DNA from: Syntrophorhabdaceae bacterium
GTDB lineage: Bacteria > Desulfobacterota > Syntrophorhabdia > Syntrophorhabdales > Syntrophorhabdaceae
DNA: 64,000 bases
Reading direction: 5' to 3'
Assembly: GCA_963666485.2 (NCBI GenBank)
Contig: CAXXUO010000006.1
Span: forward strand, 1 to 64,000
Below, piece by piece: positions 40,134 through 49,005 of the stretch. Position 1 is the stretch's first letter, and every line of letters begins with the position of its first letter. The translations under genes were made by a program, and so were the position numbers. The notes below the pieces were generated by a model. The model was not told the origin of the DNA and made no database searches. It saw only the letters and a program-made list of their open reading frames with translations.

Positions 40134-42911
40134 ATGGCTGTTTTAAAGCAGAATCCCGAGCTGAAACGTCTTGCTGAGTGCGCGGGTGGCACTGAGGAAT
40201 GCAGTACCGGGAAGGTCCCCTGGAAAAAATGGGGTCCCTACCTCTCTGAGAGACAGTGGGGGACGGTACGCGAGGATTACAGCGAAGGGGGAGACGCCTG
40301 GAATTTCTTTACCCATGACCATGCACGTTCGCGCGCCTACCGCTGGGGCGAGGACGGCATCGCCGGCATATCTGACGACAAGCAGCACCTCTGCTTTGCC
40401 CTCGCACTCTGGAACGGGAAAGACGGCATCCTCAAGGAACGGCTCTTCGGGCTCACGAACAGCGAGGCGAACCATGGTGAGGACGTGAAGGAGTATTATT
40501 TTTACCTCGACTCGACCCCCACCCACTCCTATATGAAATATCTCTACAAATATCCCCAGGCAGCATATCCCTACGCCGATCTTGTGGAGACGAACCGGCG
40601 GCGGAGCCGGGAAGAGATGGAGTATGAACTCCTCGATACCGGCATCTTCAACGACGATCGCTACTTTGACATCTTTGTGGAGTACGCCAAGGCCGGACCC
40701 GAAGACATTCTGGTGCGCATCACGGCGGTCAACCGGGGACCTGACGCGGCCGAACTGCACCTTCTGCCGACGCTCTGGTTCCGTAATGACTGGGCGGCGT
40801 GGATTGCCGAATCCAACAGGTCCCCCGAGAAACCGGGCCTTAAGGAGGTCGAGGCGGCGCCCGGCGCGAGGGCGGTCGCGGCAACACATCCGCTGCTGGG
40901 CGAATTCACCCTTTCCTGTGAAGGTGAGGTACCTCTGCTCTTTACCGAGAATGAAACGAATAATGTCCGCCTGTTTCCGGGCTATCCGAACGAAAGCCCT
41001 TACGTGAAAGACGGCATCAACGACTATGTGGTAGAGGGCCGCGAGGGCGCGGTGAACCCGGGCAAACAGGGCACAAAGGCCGCAGCTCACTACAGGCTGA
41101 AAGTCGCACCCGGCGATTCCGCTACCGTAAGGCTGCGCCTTGCCCGTGCGGCCGCCGCCGGCGGCAGGAGGAAGGGAAAAGCTGGCCCGTCCCCTTTCGG
41201 CGGCGATTTTGACAAAACCCTGGCCACCCGGTTGACGGAGGCGGACGAGTTCTATCGCTCCGTGACCCCGCCCTCAGTTTCCCCGGACGCCGCCAGTGTC
41301 ATGCGCCAGGCCATCGCCGGCATGCTATGGAGCAAGCAGTTTTACTTCTTCGACGGTGACAACTGGCTGGACGAGCACAACTCCAACCCCCTCCATTCCG
41401 GATATCACAACGCCCGGAACTCGGATTGGTTCCACATGCTGAACGAGGACATCATCTCCATGCCCGACAAGTGGGAGTATCCCTGGTATGCAGCCTGGGA
41501 CCTGGCCTTTCACACCCTCCCGCTCTCGATCGTCGATCCCGATTTTGCCAAGGAGCAGATGAAGCTGATGCTCAAAGGGGTTTATCTGCACCCCAACGGC
41601 CAGATGCCCGCTTATGAGTGGAACTTCAGCGACGTGAACCCCCCGGTCCATGCCTTCGCGACGCTTTTCCTGCACCGTACCGAAAAGGCGGTGCGCGGTC
41701 AAACGGACCTCGATTTCCTCAGGTCGGCATTCAACAAATTGCTCCTGAACTTCACCTGGTGGGTGAACCGCAAAGACCGGTTCGGCAAGAATGTTTTCGA
41801 GGGAGGCTTTCTCGGTCTCGACAATATCGGCATTTTTGACAGAAGCGCACCACTGCCCACGGGCGGACACCTGGAACAGGCGGACGGCACGGCGTGGATG
41901 GCGCTTTTCAGTCAGAACATGCTCGAACTCGCGGTGGAAATTGCCGCTTACGATCCCGAGTACGAGGACATGGTCGTAAAGTTCGCGGAGCACATCTACT
42001 ATATCGCCCGGGGCATGAACCGGCCCGACGGCATGTGGGATGAAGAGGACGGTTTCTACTATGATCTGCTGCGGCTCCCCGACGGCAGCGCCACACGGCT
42101 CAAGGTGCGCTCCATGGTAGGGCTCCTTCCCCTGTGCGCGGCGACCGTTACCGAAGAATGGCAGCGGAAGCGCCTCCCGCGGGCGATGGTTCAAATACAG
42201 GCCCGCACGCGCCGCATACCTGAACTCCTGGAGACCATGCACCCCACAGGCCCCGGTCACTACGGTGTGTCCGGGCGGGGGATGATCGCCCTGCTCAACC
42301 CGGAGCGGCTCAGAAGGGTCCTCACGAAGATGCTCGACGAGAACGAGTTCCTGGGGCCTTATGGCATCCGCTCGCTCTCGAAGTTCCACGAGCAGCACCC
42401 GTACGTCTTCCATGCGGGCGGCGAGGAGTATCGTGTGAGCTACCTGCCGGCAGAGTCGAACACGGGCATGTTCGGCGGCAACTCCAACTGGCGGGGACCT
42501 GTATGGATGCCCGTGAACGCCATGATCATCAGGGCACTGCTTAACTACTACCTGTACTATGGTGATAATTTCACAATCGAGTGCCCGACCGGTTCAGGCA
42601 GGATGATGAACCTCTTCGAGGTGGCCAGGGAGATCTCAGACAGGCTCACCCGCATCTTCCTGCGCAACGAACAGGGCCGCCGGCCTGTTTACGGGGGTAC
42701 CGATAAGTTCCAGACCGACCCCCACTGGCGCGATCACATACTGTTCTACGAATACTTCCATGGCGACAATGGCGCGGGACTCGGCGCAAGTCATCAAACC
42801 GGCTGGACCGGCCTCGTCGCGAAGTTCATCGAGCTTTTCGGCCTGCTTGACCCCGATTCTTACCTGAAAAAAGGGAAGCGTGTCCTGGACAAGGGCAAGC
42901 AAGAAAACTAA
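40134..42911 (+). CDS. GH63/MGH1-like glycoside hydrolase (glucosidase)
   Basis: WGPYLSERQWGTVREDYS, SMPDKWEYPWYAAWDLAFH, NSNWRGPVW and GASHQTGWT; no signal peptide. Confidence 0.88.
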   Translation: MAVLKQNPELKRLAECAGGTEECSTGKVPWKKWGPYLSERQWGTVREDYSEGGDAWNFFTHDHARSRAYRWGEDGIAGISDDKQHLCFALALWNGKDGILKERLFGLTNSEANHGEDVKEYYFYLDSTPTHSYMKYLYKYPQAAYPYADLVETNRRRSREEMEYELLDTGIFNDDRYFDIFVEYAKAGPEDILVRITAVNRGPDAAELHLLPTLWFRNDWAAWIAESNRSPEKPGLKEVEAAPGARAVAATHPLLGEFTLSCEGEVPLLFTENETNNVRLFPGYPNESPYVKDGINDYVVEGREGAVNPGKQGTKAAAHYRLKVAPGDSATVRLRLARAAAAGGRRKGKAGPSPFGGDFDKTLATRLTEADEFYRSVTPPSVSPDAASVMRQAIAGMLWSKQFYFFDGDNWLDEHNSNPLHSGYHNARNSDWFHMLNEDIISMPDKWEYPWYAAWDLAFHTLPLSIVDPDFAKEQMKLMLKGVYLHPNGQMPAYEWNFSDVNPPVHAFATLFLHRTEKAVRGQTDLDFLRSAFNKLLLNFTWWVNRKDRFGKNVFEGGFLGLDNIGIFDRSAPLPTGGHLEQADGTAWMALFSQNMLELAVEIAAYDPEYEDMVVKFAEHIYYIARGMNRPDGMWDEEDGFYYDLLRLPDGSATRLKVRSMVGLLPLCAATVTEEWQRKRLPRAMVQIQARTRRIPELLETMHPTGPGHYGVSGRGMIALLNPERLRRVLTKMLDENEFLGPYGIRSLSKFHEQHPYVFHAGGEEYRVSYLPAESNTGMFGGNSNWRGPVWMPVNAMIIRALLNYYLYYGDNFTIECPTGSGRMMNLFEVAREISDRLTRIFLRNEQGRRPVYGGTDKFQTDPHWRDHILFYEYFHGDNGAGLGASHQTGWTGLVAKFIELFGLLDPDSYLKKGKRVLDKGKQEN

Positions 42912-42929
42912 GAACGCAGGGAGGGAACT

Positions 42930-44414
42930 ATGGGAGCATGGCCGAAGCACCCGCTTATCTATGAGATCAACGCCTGGGTCTGGCTTGACGAGCTCAGCAA
43001 GAAGGCCGGAGAGGCGCTTACCCTGGCCACGGTCCCTGACGACGAGTGGGACCGGATCGCCGCCACAGGTTTCAATGCGGTATGGCTCATGGGGGTCTGG
43101 GAGCGAAGCCCCATGGGTATTGGCATCTCGATGTCTAATGAGGGACTCCTTGCCGATTTCCGGAGGGCTTTACCCGATTTTACGCCCGCGGATAACGTAG
43201 GCTCACCCTACTGCGTCCGCAACTATGTCGTGGATGCCCATCTGGGAGGCGCCGAGGCTCTCGCCATTGTCCGGCAAAAGCTTTCCAAAAAGGGTATCCG
43301 CCTGCTTCTCGATCTTGTGCCCAATCACGTGGCACCCGATCACCCGTGGGCACTCGACCACCCTGAATACTTTATTCGCGGCAGCGAAGAGGACCTCAAC
43401 CGTGATCCGGGCTCCTTCATGAAAGTGGGCGGACAGGTCTTTGCCTGCGGCAAGGACCCTTATTTCCCTGCCTGGCCCGATGTCTTGCAGCTCAATGCCT
43501 TCGATGGGGACCTGCGGCGCGCCATGACCCGGACCGTTCAGGCTATTGCAGAACAGTGCGATGGTGTCCGCTGTGATATGGCGATGCTCCTCATAACCGG
43601 CGTTTTCGAGAGAACATGGGGAGAACGCGCAGGAGGGAGGCCGGGGACCGAATACTGGCGGGAGATCATCCCCGCCGTCAAGGAAAAATACCCGGAATTC
43701 CGTTTCATCGCCGAGGCATACTGGGACCTGGAGTGGGAACTCCAGCAGCAGGGGTTTGATTTTTGTTACGACAAACGGCTCTACGACCGGCTTGAGCACG
43801 ACCATGCAGAGACCATCCGGCTCCATTTATGTGCCGAAGATACCTTCCAGGAAAAGCTGGTCAGGTTCGTAGAGAACCACGACGAACCCCGTGCTGCCGC
43901 TGCGTTCCCGGGTCCGAAGAACCGGGCCGCGGCTCTCACGGCCCTCTCCATTCCCGGGGCGCGCCTCGTTCACGAGGGCCAGATGGAGGGCCGGCTGACC
44001 CGCCTGCCTGTCTTTCTGGGGCGCAGACCCGGGGAGGATCCCGATACGGAACTGATGTCTTTCTACGGTCAGCTGCTCAGGGAACTACAGACCGGCGATT
44101 ACTTTGACGGTACCTGGCGTCTTTGTGAAACCGGCGGTTGGCCTGACAACGCCAGTCACCTGAACCTGGTGGCCTGGTGCTGGAAGGGTCAAACCGACCG
44201 CTGCCTCATCGTGGTGAATCTCTCGGGCATGCATGTGCAAGGACTCGTGAGGGTTCCCTGGGATGATCTTAAAGGGAGGGCATGGCCGCTCAAAGATGTG
44301 TTTACCTCCGCTCTCTATGAGAGGAATGGTGATGAAATATACGGCCCGGGATTTTACATTGACCTTGCTCCCTGGGCCTTTCACTTTTTTGTGTGGGTGG
44401 AACGGCTATCTTGA
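42930..44414 (+). CDS. GH13 alpha-amylase family glycosidase
   Basis: DLVPNH, DGVRCDMA (nucleophile), AEAYW (acid/base) and ENHDE; no signal peptide. Confidence 0.9.
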   Translation: MGAWPKHPLIYEINAWVWLDELSKKAGEALTLATVPDDEWDRIAATGFNAVWLMGVWERSPMGIGISMSNEGLLADFRRALPDFTPADNVGSPYCVRNYVVDAHLGGAEALAIVRQKLSKKGIRLLLDLVPNHVAPDHPWALDHPEYFIRGSEEDLNRDPGSFMKVGGQVFACGKDPYFPAWPDVLQLNAFDGDLRRAMTRTVQAIAEQCDGVRCDMAMLLITGVFERTWGERAGGRPGTEYWREIIPAVKEKYPEFRFIAEAYWDLEWELQQQGFDFCYDKRLYDRLEHDHAETIRLHLCAEDTFQEKLVRFVENHDEPRAAAAFPGPKNRAAALTALSIPGARLVHEGQMEGRLTRLPVFLGRRPGEDPDTELMSFYGQLLRELQTGDYFDGTWRLCETGGWPDNASHLNLVAWCWKGQTDRCLIVVNLSGMHVQGLVRVPWDDLKGRAWPLKDVFTSALYERNGDEIYGPGFYIDLAPWAFHFFVWVERLS

Positions 44415-44449
44415 TCCGGAAGGTTGCCTGAAGGCACGGAGACAGGCTC

Positions 44450-45646
44450 TCAACCTTGCAACCCCTTAACTCCCTCTTCCCATTGTGCCATTATTCGCTC
44501 TCCGATCTCACGGAATTCCGGATGTTCCGATATGTAGCCGGGAATCGTTTCTTTTGTGCCCATGACAGCTTCGGCCGTCTTTGTAATTATATCGGACACC
44601 TTTTTCACGGGCAGAGAGAGATGGGCCACTGCGAACCGTTCGAGCACCTTTCGTGACCACCATCTTTTTGTCCCGTCAATTGTGAGAGCAGGTACGTCTT
44701 TGCGGATGTAGACAGTAGTTGTGACCACGTCATAGACGGGTGCCAGTTCCACGGTGTTCCGGGGAGCCGAATACAAAACGCCAAAGTTTTTCAGATGGGC
44801 ATCACCGTTTCGCACCATCACCGACAATACAAGTGCCGCAAAGAACTGTTCCCGCGACGGCATAAGCCGGTCGCTGGAGACAAAGTCAGTGATGCTCTTT
44901 GCGACCCTTTCATAACTGCTGGAATATTTCCTGGATGTCCCGAGGGCCTGAAGGCTGCACATGTCTTCGAAGCCGATCGGGGTGCCATCCTGAGCAATGT
45001 CAAATCGGCGCATGATGAACAGGCCGCCGTTATCGGAGAGAAAGAACTCCGGGGTTGACAGCCCGGCCCGTTTTGCAGCCGACATGCAGAAATATTCGTT
45101 CGCGGCGAGGAAGGGATAATCTGTTCCCCATGATTTGACGATGTAACCCGAGGACGTTACAGCACCGCGATCCGAGGCGTCGAGCAGGACCTTTGGCTGG
45201 ATTCCCGATACCCCTGAACGAAGGGCGTGCCGGGCAACCAGTTCGTTGAAGAGTTCCCTGGTATCGGGATAGGTAAGTAATTCCTCCAGGGATTCGGGTG
45301 TTTCCTCAATACAGGGGGATCCATCGCCCGGAAGTGAAAAGCGGTTCCTTCCCACCTGGTTGCCCCCCGTCACGCGCAGAATGGAGAGGTCATCCTCACC
45401 CACCACCTTGGCGATGGCACGTCGGATGGCCTCCAATAGCGCACCTTCCGGAAGGTTCATCTGGAATATGGGGTGGAGTTCACGGTTCACCCAGCTTGCC
45501 AGCCTCACAGGCATAGTCAGGGAAACCTGCGACTCCGGGTCCGCATCAGGGTGGTAGGCAAACACGTATTCTCCCGGTGATTCGCGGCCGAGAAGGCCCG
45601 CGCGTCTGCTTCCGGCCCACACGGCAAGGGAAGGTACGTTCGGCAT
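44450..45646 (-). CDS. hipA: HipA family kinase toxin
   Basis: N-terminal couple_hipA-like region, SGVSGIQPK, FEDMC, NGDAHLKNF and LAPVYD. Confidence 0.92.
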   Translation of the reverse strand: MPNVPSLAVWAGSRRAGLLGRESPGEYVFAYHPDADPESQVSLTMPVRLASWVNRELHPIFQMNLPEGALLEAIRRAIAKVVGEDDLSILRVTGGNQVGRNRFSLPGDGSPCIEETPESLEELLTYPDTRELFNELVARHALRSGVSGIQPKVLLDASDRGAVTSSGYIVKSWGTDYPFLAANEYFCMSAAKRAGLSTPEFFLSDNGGLFIMRRFDIAQDGTPIGFEDMCSLQALGTSRKYSSSYERVAKSITDFVSSDRLMPSREQFFAALVLSVMVRNGDAHLKNFGVLYSAPRNTVELAPVYDVVTTTVYIRKDVPALTIDGTKRWWSRKVLERFAVAHLSLPVKKVSDIITKTAEAVMGTKETIPGYISEHPEFREIGERIMAQWEEGVKGLQG

Positions 45647-45891
45647 CAGCCACCCTCCTCTTCGCGGAGTTCTTCAAGGGTTGGAGGTGCACCCGACGGC
45701 CGGACCCGTAATTCCAGGTGCAGAAATTCCAGCAGCCGGATCAGCTTTCTCACTCCGATATCTTGAACGCTACCGTTCTCGATCTGCCCGATGGTAGTCC
45801 GGCTCATCCCTAAGGCCTTTGCCACCTGTTCCTGGGAAAGCTTGCGTCTCTTTCGCGCCTGACGAATCTCTTTACCGATGGAAAACAGCAT
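45646..45891 (-). CDS. hipB: HipB-like XRE/HTH antitoxin
   Basis: IRQARKRRKLSQEQVAKALGMSRTTIGQIENG; TGATG coupling to hipA. Confidence 0.88.
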   Translation of the reverse strand: MLFSIGKEIRQARKRRKLSQEQVAKALGMSRTTIGQIENGSVQDIGVRKLIRLLEFLHLELRVRPSGAPPTLEELREEEGG

Positions 45892-45893
45892 AT

Positions 45894-45951
45894 ATGAGTT
45901 ATATACGATGCATTTGTCTTAGTCAAGAATATTATGCATTATATCCAATGC
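45894..45951 (-). promoter_or_regulatory. hipBA promoter with two operator-like repeats
   Basis: Minus strand TTGACT(45926-21)-17 nt-TATAAC(45903-45898). Repeats ATGnnTTATATnCnATGC at 45894-45911 and 45934-45951. Confidence 0.6.
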
Positions 45952-46140
45952 TTTAATGCATGTTTTTCAGAGCATCGAATGGTGAGATTGTCTTCCGATA
46001 ACAAGAAGCATAACCCTCCGATTATGGAAATGGCAAACTCATCGCAAGATGAAGAGATTGCCCTATGATTTTCGGCGGGAAACTAAGGAGAACATGTTCC
46101 ATCAGGTATTTCCTGGGGGTATGTGCGGCGTGCAATTGGT

Positions 46141-46169
46141 TTGCTTTGAGGGTTGATGTCTTGTATAAT
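46141..46169 (+). promoter_or_regulatory. sigma70 promoter of ffs-dnaX
   Basis: TTGCTT-17 nt-TATAAT, 7 nt before the SRP RNA. Confidence 0.7.
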
Positions 46170-46176
46170 ATTTGCT

Positions 46177-46269
46177 GCCAGGCCCTGCGCAACGTGGAGG
46201 TTATGAACCCCGTCAGGTCCGGAAGGAAGCAGCGGTAATAGCTCAGCCGTGTGCCGCAGGTAGCCTGGC
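46177..46269 (+). ncRNA. ffs: Signal recognition particle 4.5S RNA
   Basis: Conserved core CGTCAGGTCCGGAAGGAAGCAGCG; terminal helix GCCAGGC/GCCTGGC followed by a T run; upstream of dnaX. Confidence 0.95.
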
Positions 46270-46312
46270 TTTTTTGATCGAGCATTATGATCCTCCCAAG
46301 AGGCACTGCTAT

Positions 46313-47864
46313 TTGAGTTACACAGTTATCGCACGACGGTTCAGGCCGCAGAGATTCGACGATGTCGTCGGGCAGCCGCATATCATCACCACGCTGAAAA
46401 ATTCGATCAAGGCCGGCAGGATAGCCCACGCGTTCCTTTTCACGGGACCGCGGGGCGTCGGCAAGACCTCGCTTGCCCGCATCTTTGCGAAGGCGGTCAA
46501 CTGCATAAACGGGCCGACCGACGAGCCGTGCAATGTCTGCGAGAACTGTGTCGGCATAGCGGGCGGCAGCTTCGTCGATGTCATCGAGATCGATGCGGCG
46601 TCAACGCGCGGGATCGACGATATCAAGGAGCTTCGCGAGACAGTCCGTTACCTTCCCATGAAGGCGAAGTACAAGGTATATATCCTTGACGAGGCGCACA
46701 TGCTGACGGACCAGGCCCGCAACGCGTTCCTGAAGACCCTTGAGGAGCCGCCGGGGCACAACATATTCATCCTCGCCACGACGGAATCGCAAAAGATCCC
46801 CTACACGATCATGTCCCGCTGCCAGCGATTTGACTTCAGGCGCATCACCGAGCGTGAGATCGTTATGCAGCTCGAGGCCATTTGCGCAAAAGACGGTATC
46901 ACGTTCGATCCGGGAGCTTTCCACCATGTCGCTATCGAGGCTGACGGCTCCATGCGGGACGCCGAATCGGTCCTCGAGCAGATCATCGCGTACAGCGGGA
47001 AGCACATATCTGAAAGCGACGTGATAAACATCATCGGTATCGTGGAGAAGAACGTCATATCCGGCATCGTGAGGTCGATCATCGGGAAGGACCTTGCAGG
47101 AGGCCTCAACGCCATCGAATCGACGCTGAGCGAGGGATACGACGTGGGCCAGATCTACCGGGGGCTCGTCTCGTACCTCAGGAATATGATGATCGTGAAG
47201 GCCTGCGGCGGCGTACCGGATTTTATATCGATGGGTGAAGAGGAAGCGGCCGAGGTCGGCAGGCTCCTTCAGGAGGTCGAGTACTACGAGGTGCAGAACA
47301 TGCTGTATTATATGCTGCGCAGCGAAGACCTCATGCGCGGCCTGTTCCCGAGGATCGCACTGGAGACCCTCTATATCAATCTCTACAACCTGTCACAGTT
47401 AAAGGATGTTGACAGGGTCATTGCCGAACTCGACAGGGCAGTCCCCGTTCCTCAGGTGCAGCGCCCCGTCCCCGCTGCCGCGCGGGACGAAGCCGCCCCG
47501 AGACCGTCATCGGGCAAGAGGCCTGGCGATGGCACGGAGCACGCTGCAGCCCCGGGCGATGCGCCCCGGACCGGGCGCCCGGCCGAAGATGTCCATGGGT
47601 TTGTCGAGTTCCTGAAGAAGAAGAAACCATTCCTCGGAAGCATGTTCGATTCGTGCGAATGCCTGTTGGAAGGCCAGGAACTCGTCGTTCTTATCGATAA
47701 AAAGTACAGCAATTTTATAAAAAGTGAGTATGAAGAGATAAAGAACCTGGCAGGGCCAGTTTTTTGGCCGGGCCATGAATTTGGAGTTCAGAGATGCCTC
47801 GGACAAGAAGAGGAACATCCTCGAAGAATATGTGAAAGAAGCTGAATCTCTCTTCAACCTTTAA
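46313..47864 (+). CDS. dnaX: DNA polymerase III gamma/tau; probable +1 error near 47755
   Basis: TTG start, ARRFRPQ, GPRGVGKT, C4 zinc, DEAHML and SRC. The alternative frame after 47755 gives QFFGRAMNLEFRDA..EAESLFNL, ending just before the ybaB RBS. Confidence 0.92.
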
Positions 47865-47875
47865 GAGGAGGAAGT

Positions 47876-48190
47876 ATGGCAAAAGGTTTTAACCAGATAC
47901 TGCAGCAGGCAAAGAAGATGCAGGACCGCCTTGTGAAGCTCCAGGAGGAGATGGGCGATAAAACGGTCGAGGCCCAGTCCGGCGGCGGAATGGTCACGTG
48001 CGTTGTCAACGGCAGGCAGGAACTGGTATCGCTCAAGATCTCACCCGAGGTCCTCGAAGAAAAAGACAACGAGCTTCTCGAAGACCTCATCGTAGCGGCC
48101 ATTAACGAGGGCCTCAATCGTTCCCGTGAAATGGTCCAGGAGGAAATGTCGAAGGTGACCGGCGGCATGCAGATGCCGTTTGGAATGTAG
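47876..48190 (+). CDS. ybaB: YbaB/EbfC nucleoid-associated protein
   Basis: QAKKMQ, SGGGMV and LEDLIVAAIN; dnaX-ybaB-recR synteny. Confidence 0.95.
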   Translation: MAKGFNQILQQAKKMQDRLVKLQEEMGDKTVEAQSGGGMVTCVVNGRQELVSLKISPEVLEEKDNELLEDLIVAAINEGLNRSREMVQEEMSKVTGGMQMPFGM

Positions 48191-48195
48191 GTACC

Positions 48196-48792
48196 GTGTT
48201 CTACCCCGAACCGATAGAACGTCTCATCGATAACCTGACCCGGCTTCCCGGCATCGGGAGAAAGACAGCAACAAGGCTTGCCTTTTATCTTCTCAATGCA
48301 CGCGAGGGATATATAACGGACCTTTCGCGGAGCCTTATCGACATCAAGGAAAAGATACGGCTGTGCAGCGTCTGCTTCAACATAACCGATACCGACCCCT
48401 GCGTTATCTGCAGGGATGAAAGGCGCGACAAAACATCCGTGTGTGTGGTGGAAGAATCCTCCCACATGATGGTCATCGAATCGTCAAACCCCGGGCAGCT
48501 GCGCTACCACATCCTTCACGGCGTGATAAACCCCCTCGAAGGGGTCGGCCCCGACGACATAAGGATCAACGAACTTCGTGACAGGATCGTCAACGAGGGC
48601 ATCACCGAGGTTATCGTCGCGACCAACCCGAACATCGAGGGCAACACGACCGCCCATTACATCGCTGAGATCCTGAAGCCTTTCGACGTCAGGATCACCC
48701 GCATAGCCTCCGGCATCCCCGTCGGCGGCGACATCGTCTACATAGATCCGCTCACGATCAAGAGTTCGCTGGACAATAGAAAGAAACTGTAA
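48196..48792 (+). CDS. recR: Recombination mediator RecR
   Basis: LPGIGRKTATRL HhH, CSVC..CVIC zinc finger, ATNPNIEG and RIASGIPVGG. Confidence 0.95.
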   Translation: MFYPEPIERLIDNLTRLPGIGRKTATRLAFYLLNAREGYITDLSRSLIDIKEKIRLCSVCFNITDTDPCVICRDERRDKTSVCVVEESSHMMVIESSNPGQLRYHILHGVINPLEGVGPDDIRINELRDRIVNEGITEVIVATNPNIEGNTTAHYIAEILKPFDVRITRIASGIPVGGDIVYIDPLTIKSSLDNRKKL

Positions 48793-48796
48793 AAAT

Positions 48797-48932
48797 AAGG
48801 CTATAGGCAATGGGCAATAGGCGATAGGGAAGGCGTCCCCCGAAATCATGGTCCCTGACCTCATCATAATCTTCTGTAAGTCCAGACAAATATCTCAGCC
48901 AATTGCCCATCGCCCATCGCCCATCGCCCCAT
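48797..48932. repeat. Inverted pair of heptamer tandem arrays flanking a ~63 bp core
   Basis: + strand AAGGCTA TAGGCAA TGGGCAA TAGGCGA TAGGGAA (48797-48831); minus strand GGGGCGA TGGGCGA TGGGCGA TGGGCAA TTGGCTG (about 48896-48930). Confidence 0.8.
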
Positions 48933-49005
48933 CTTCTTATTGAATTCCCCCCCAAAAATGTTGTTAACTATTGCGCTGCAGATATTGACAGGAGGATCGA
49001 AGAAC

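Noticed and set aside
46172..46312. Extended dnaX N-terminus
   Set aside because: It overlaps the SRP RNA; the conserved start is TTG 46313.
47745..47770. Programmed frameshift in dnaX producing gamma/tau
   Set aside because: The break is best explained by one extra G in GCA-GGG-CCA only about 35 codons from the end. There is no A-AAA-AAG site or long T run, and it matches the homopolymer errors elsewhere in the contig.
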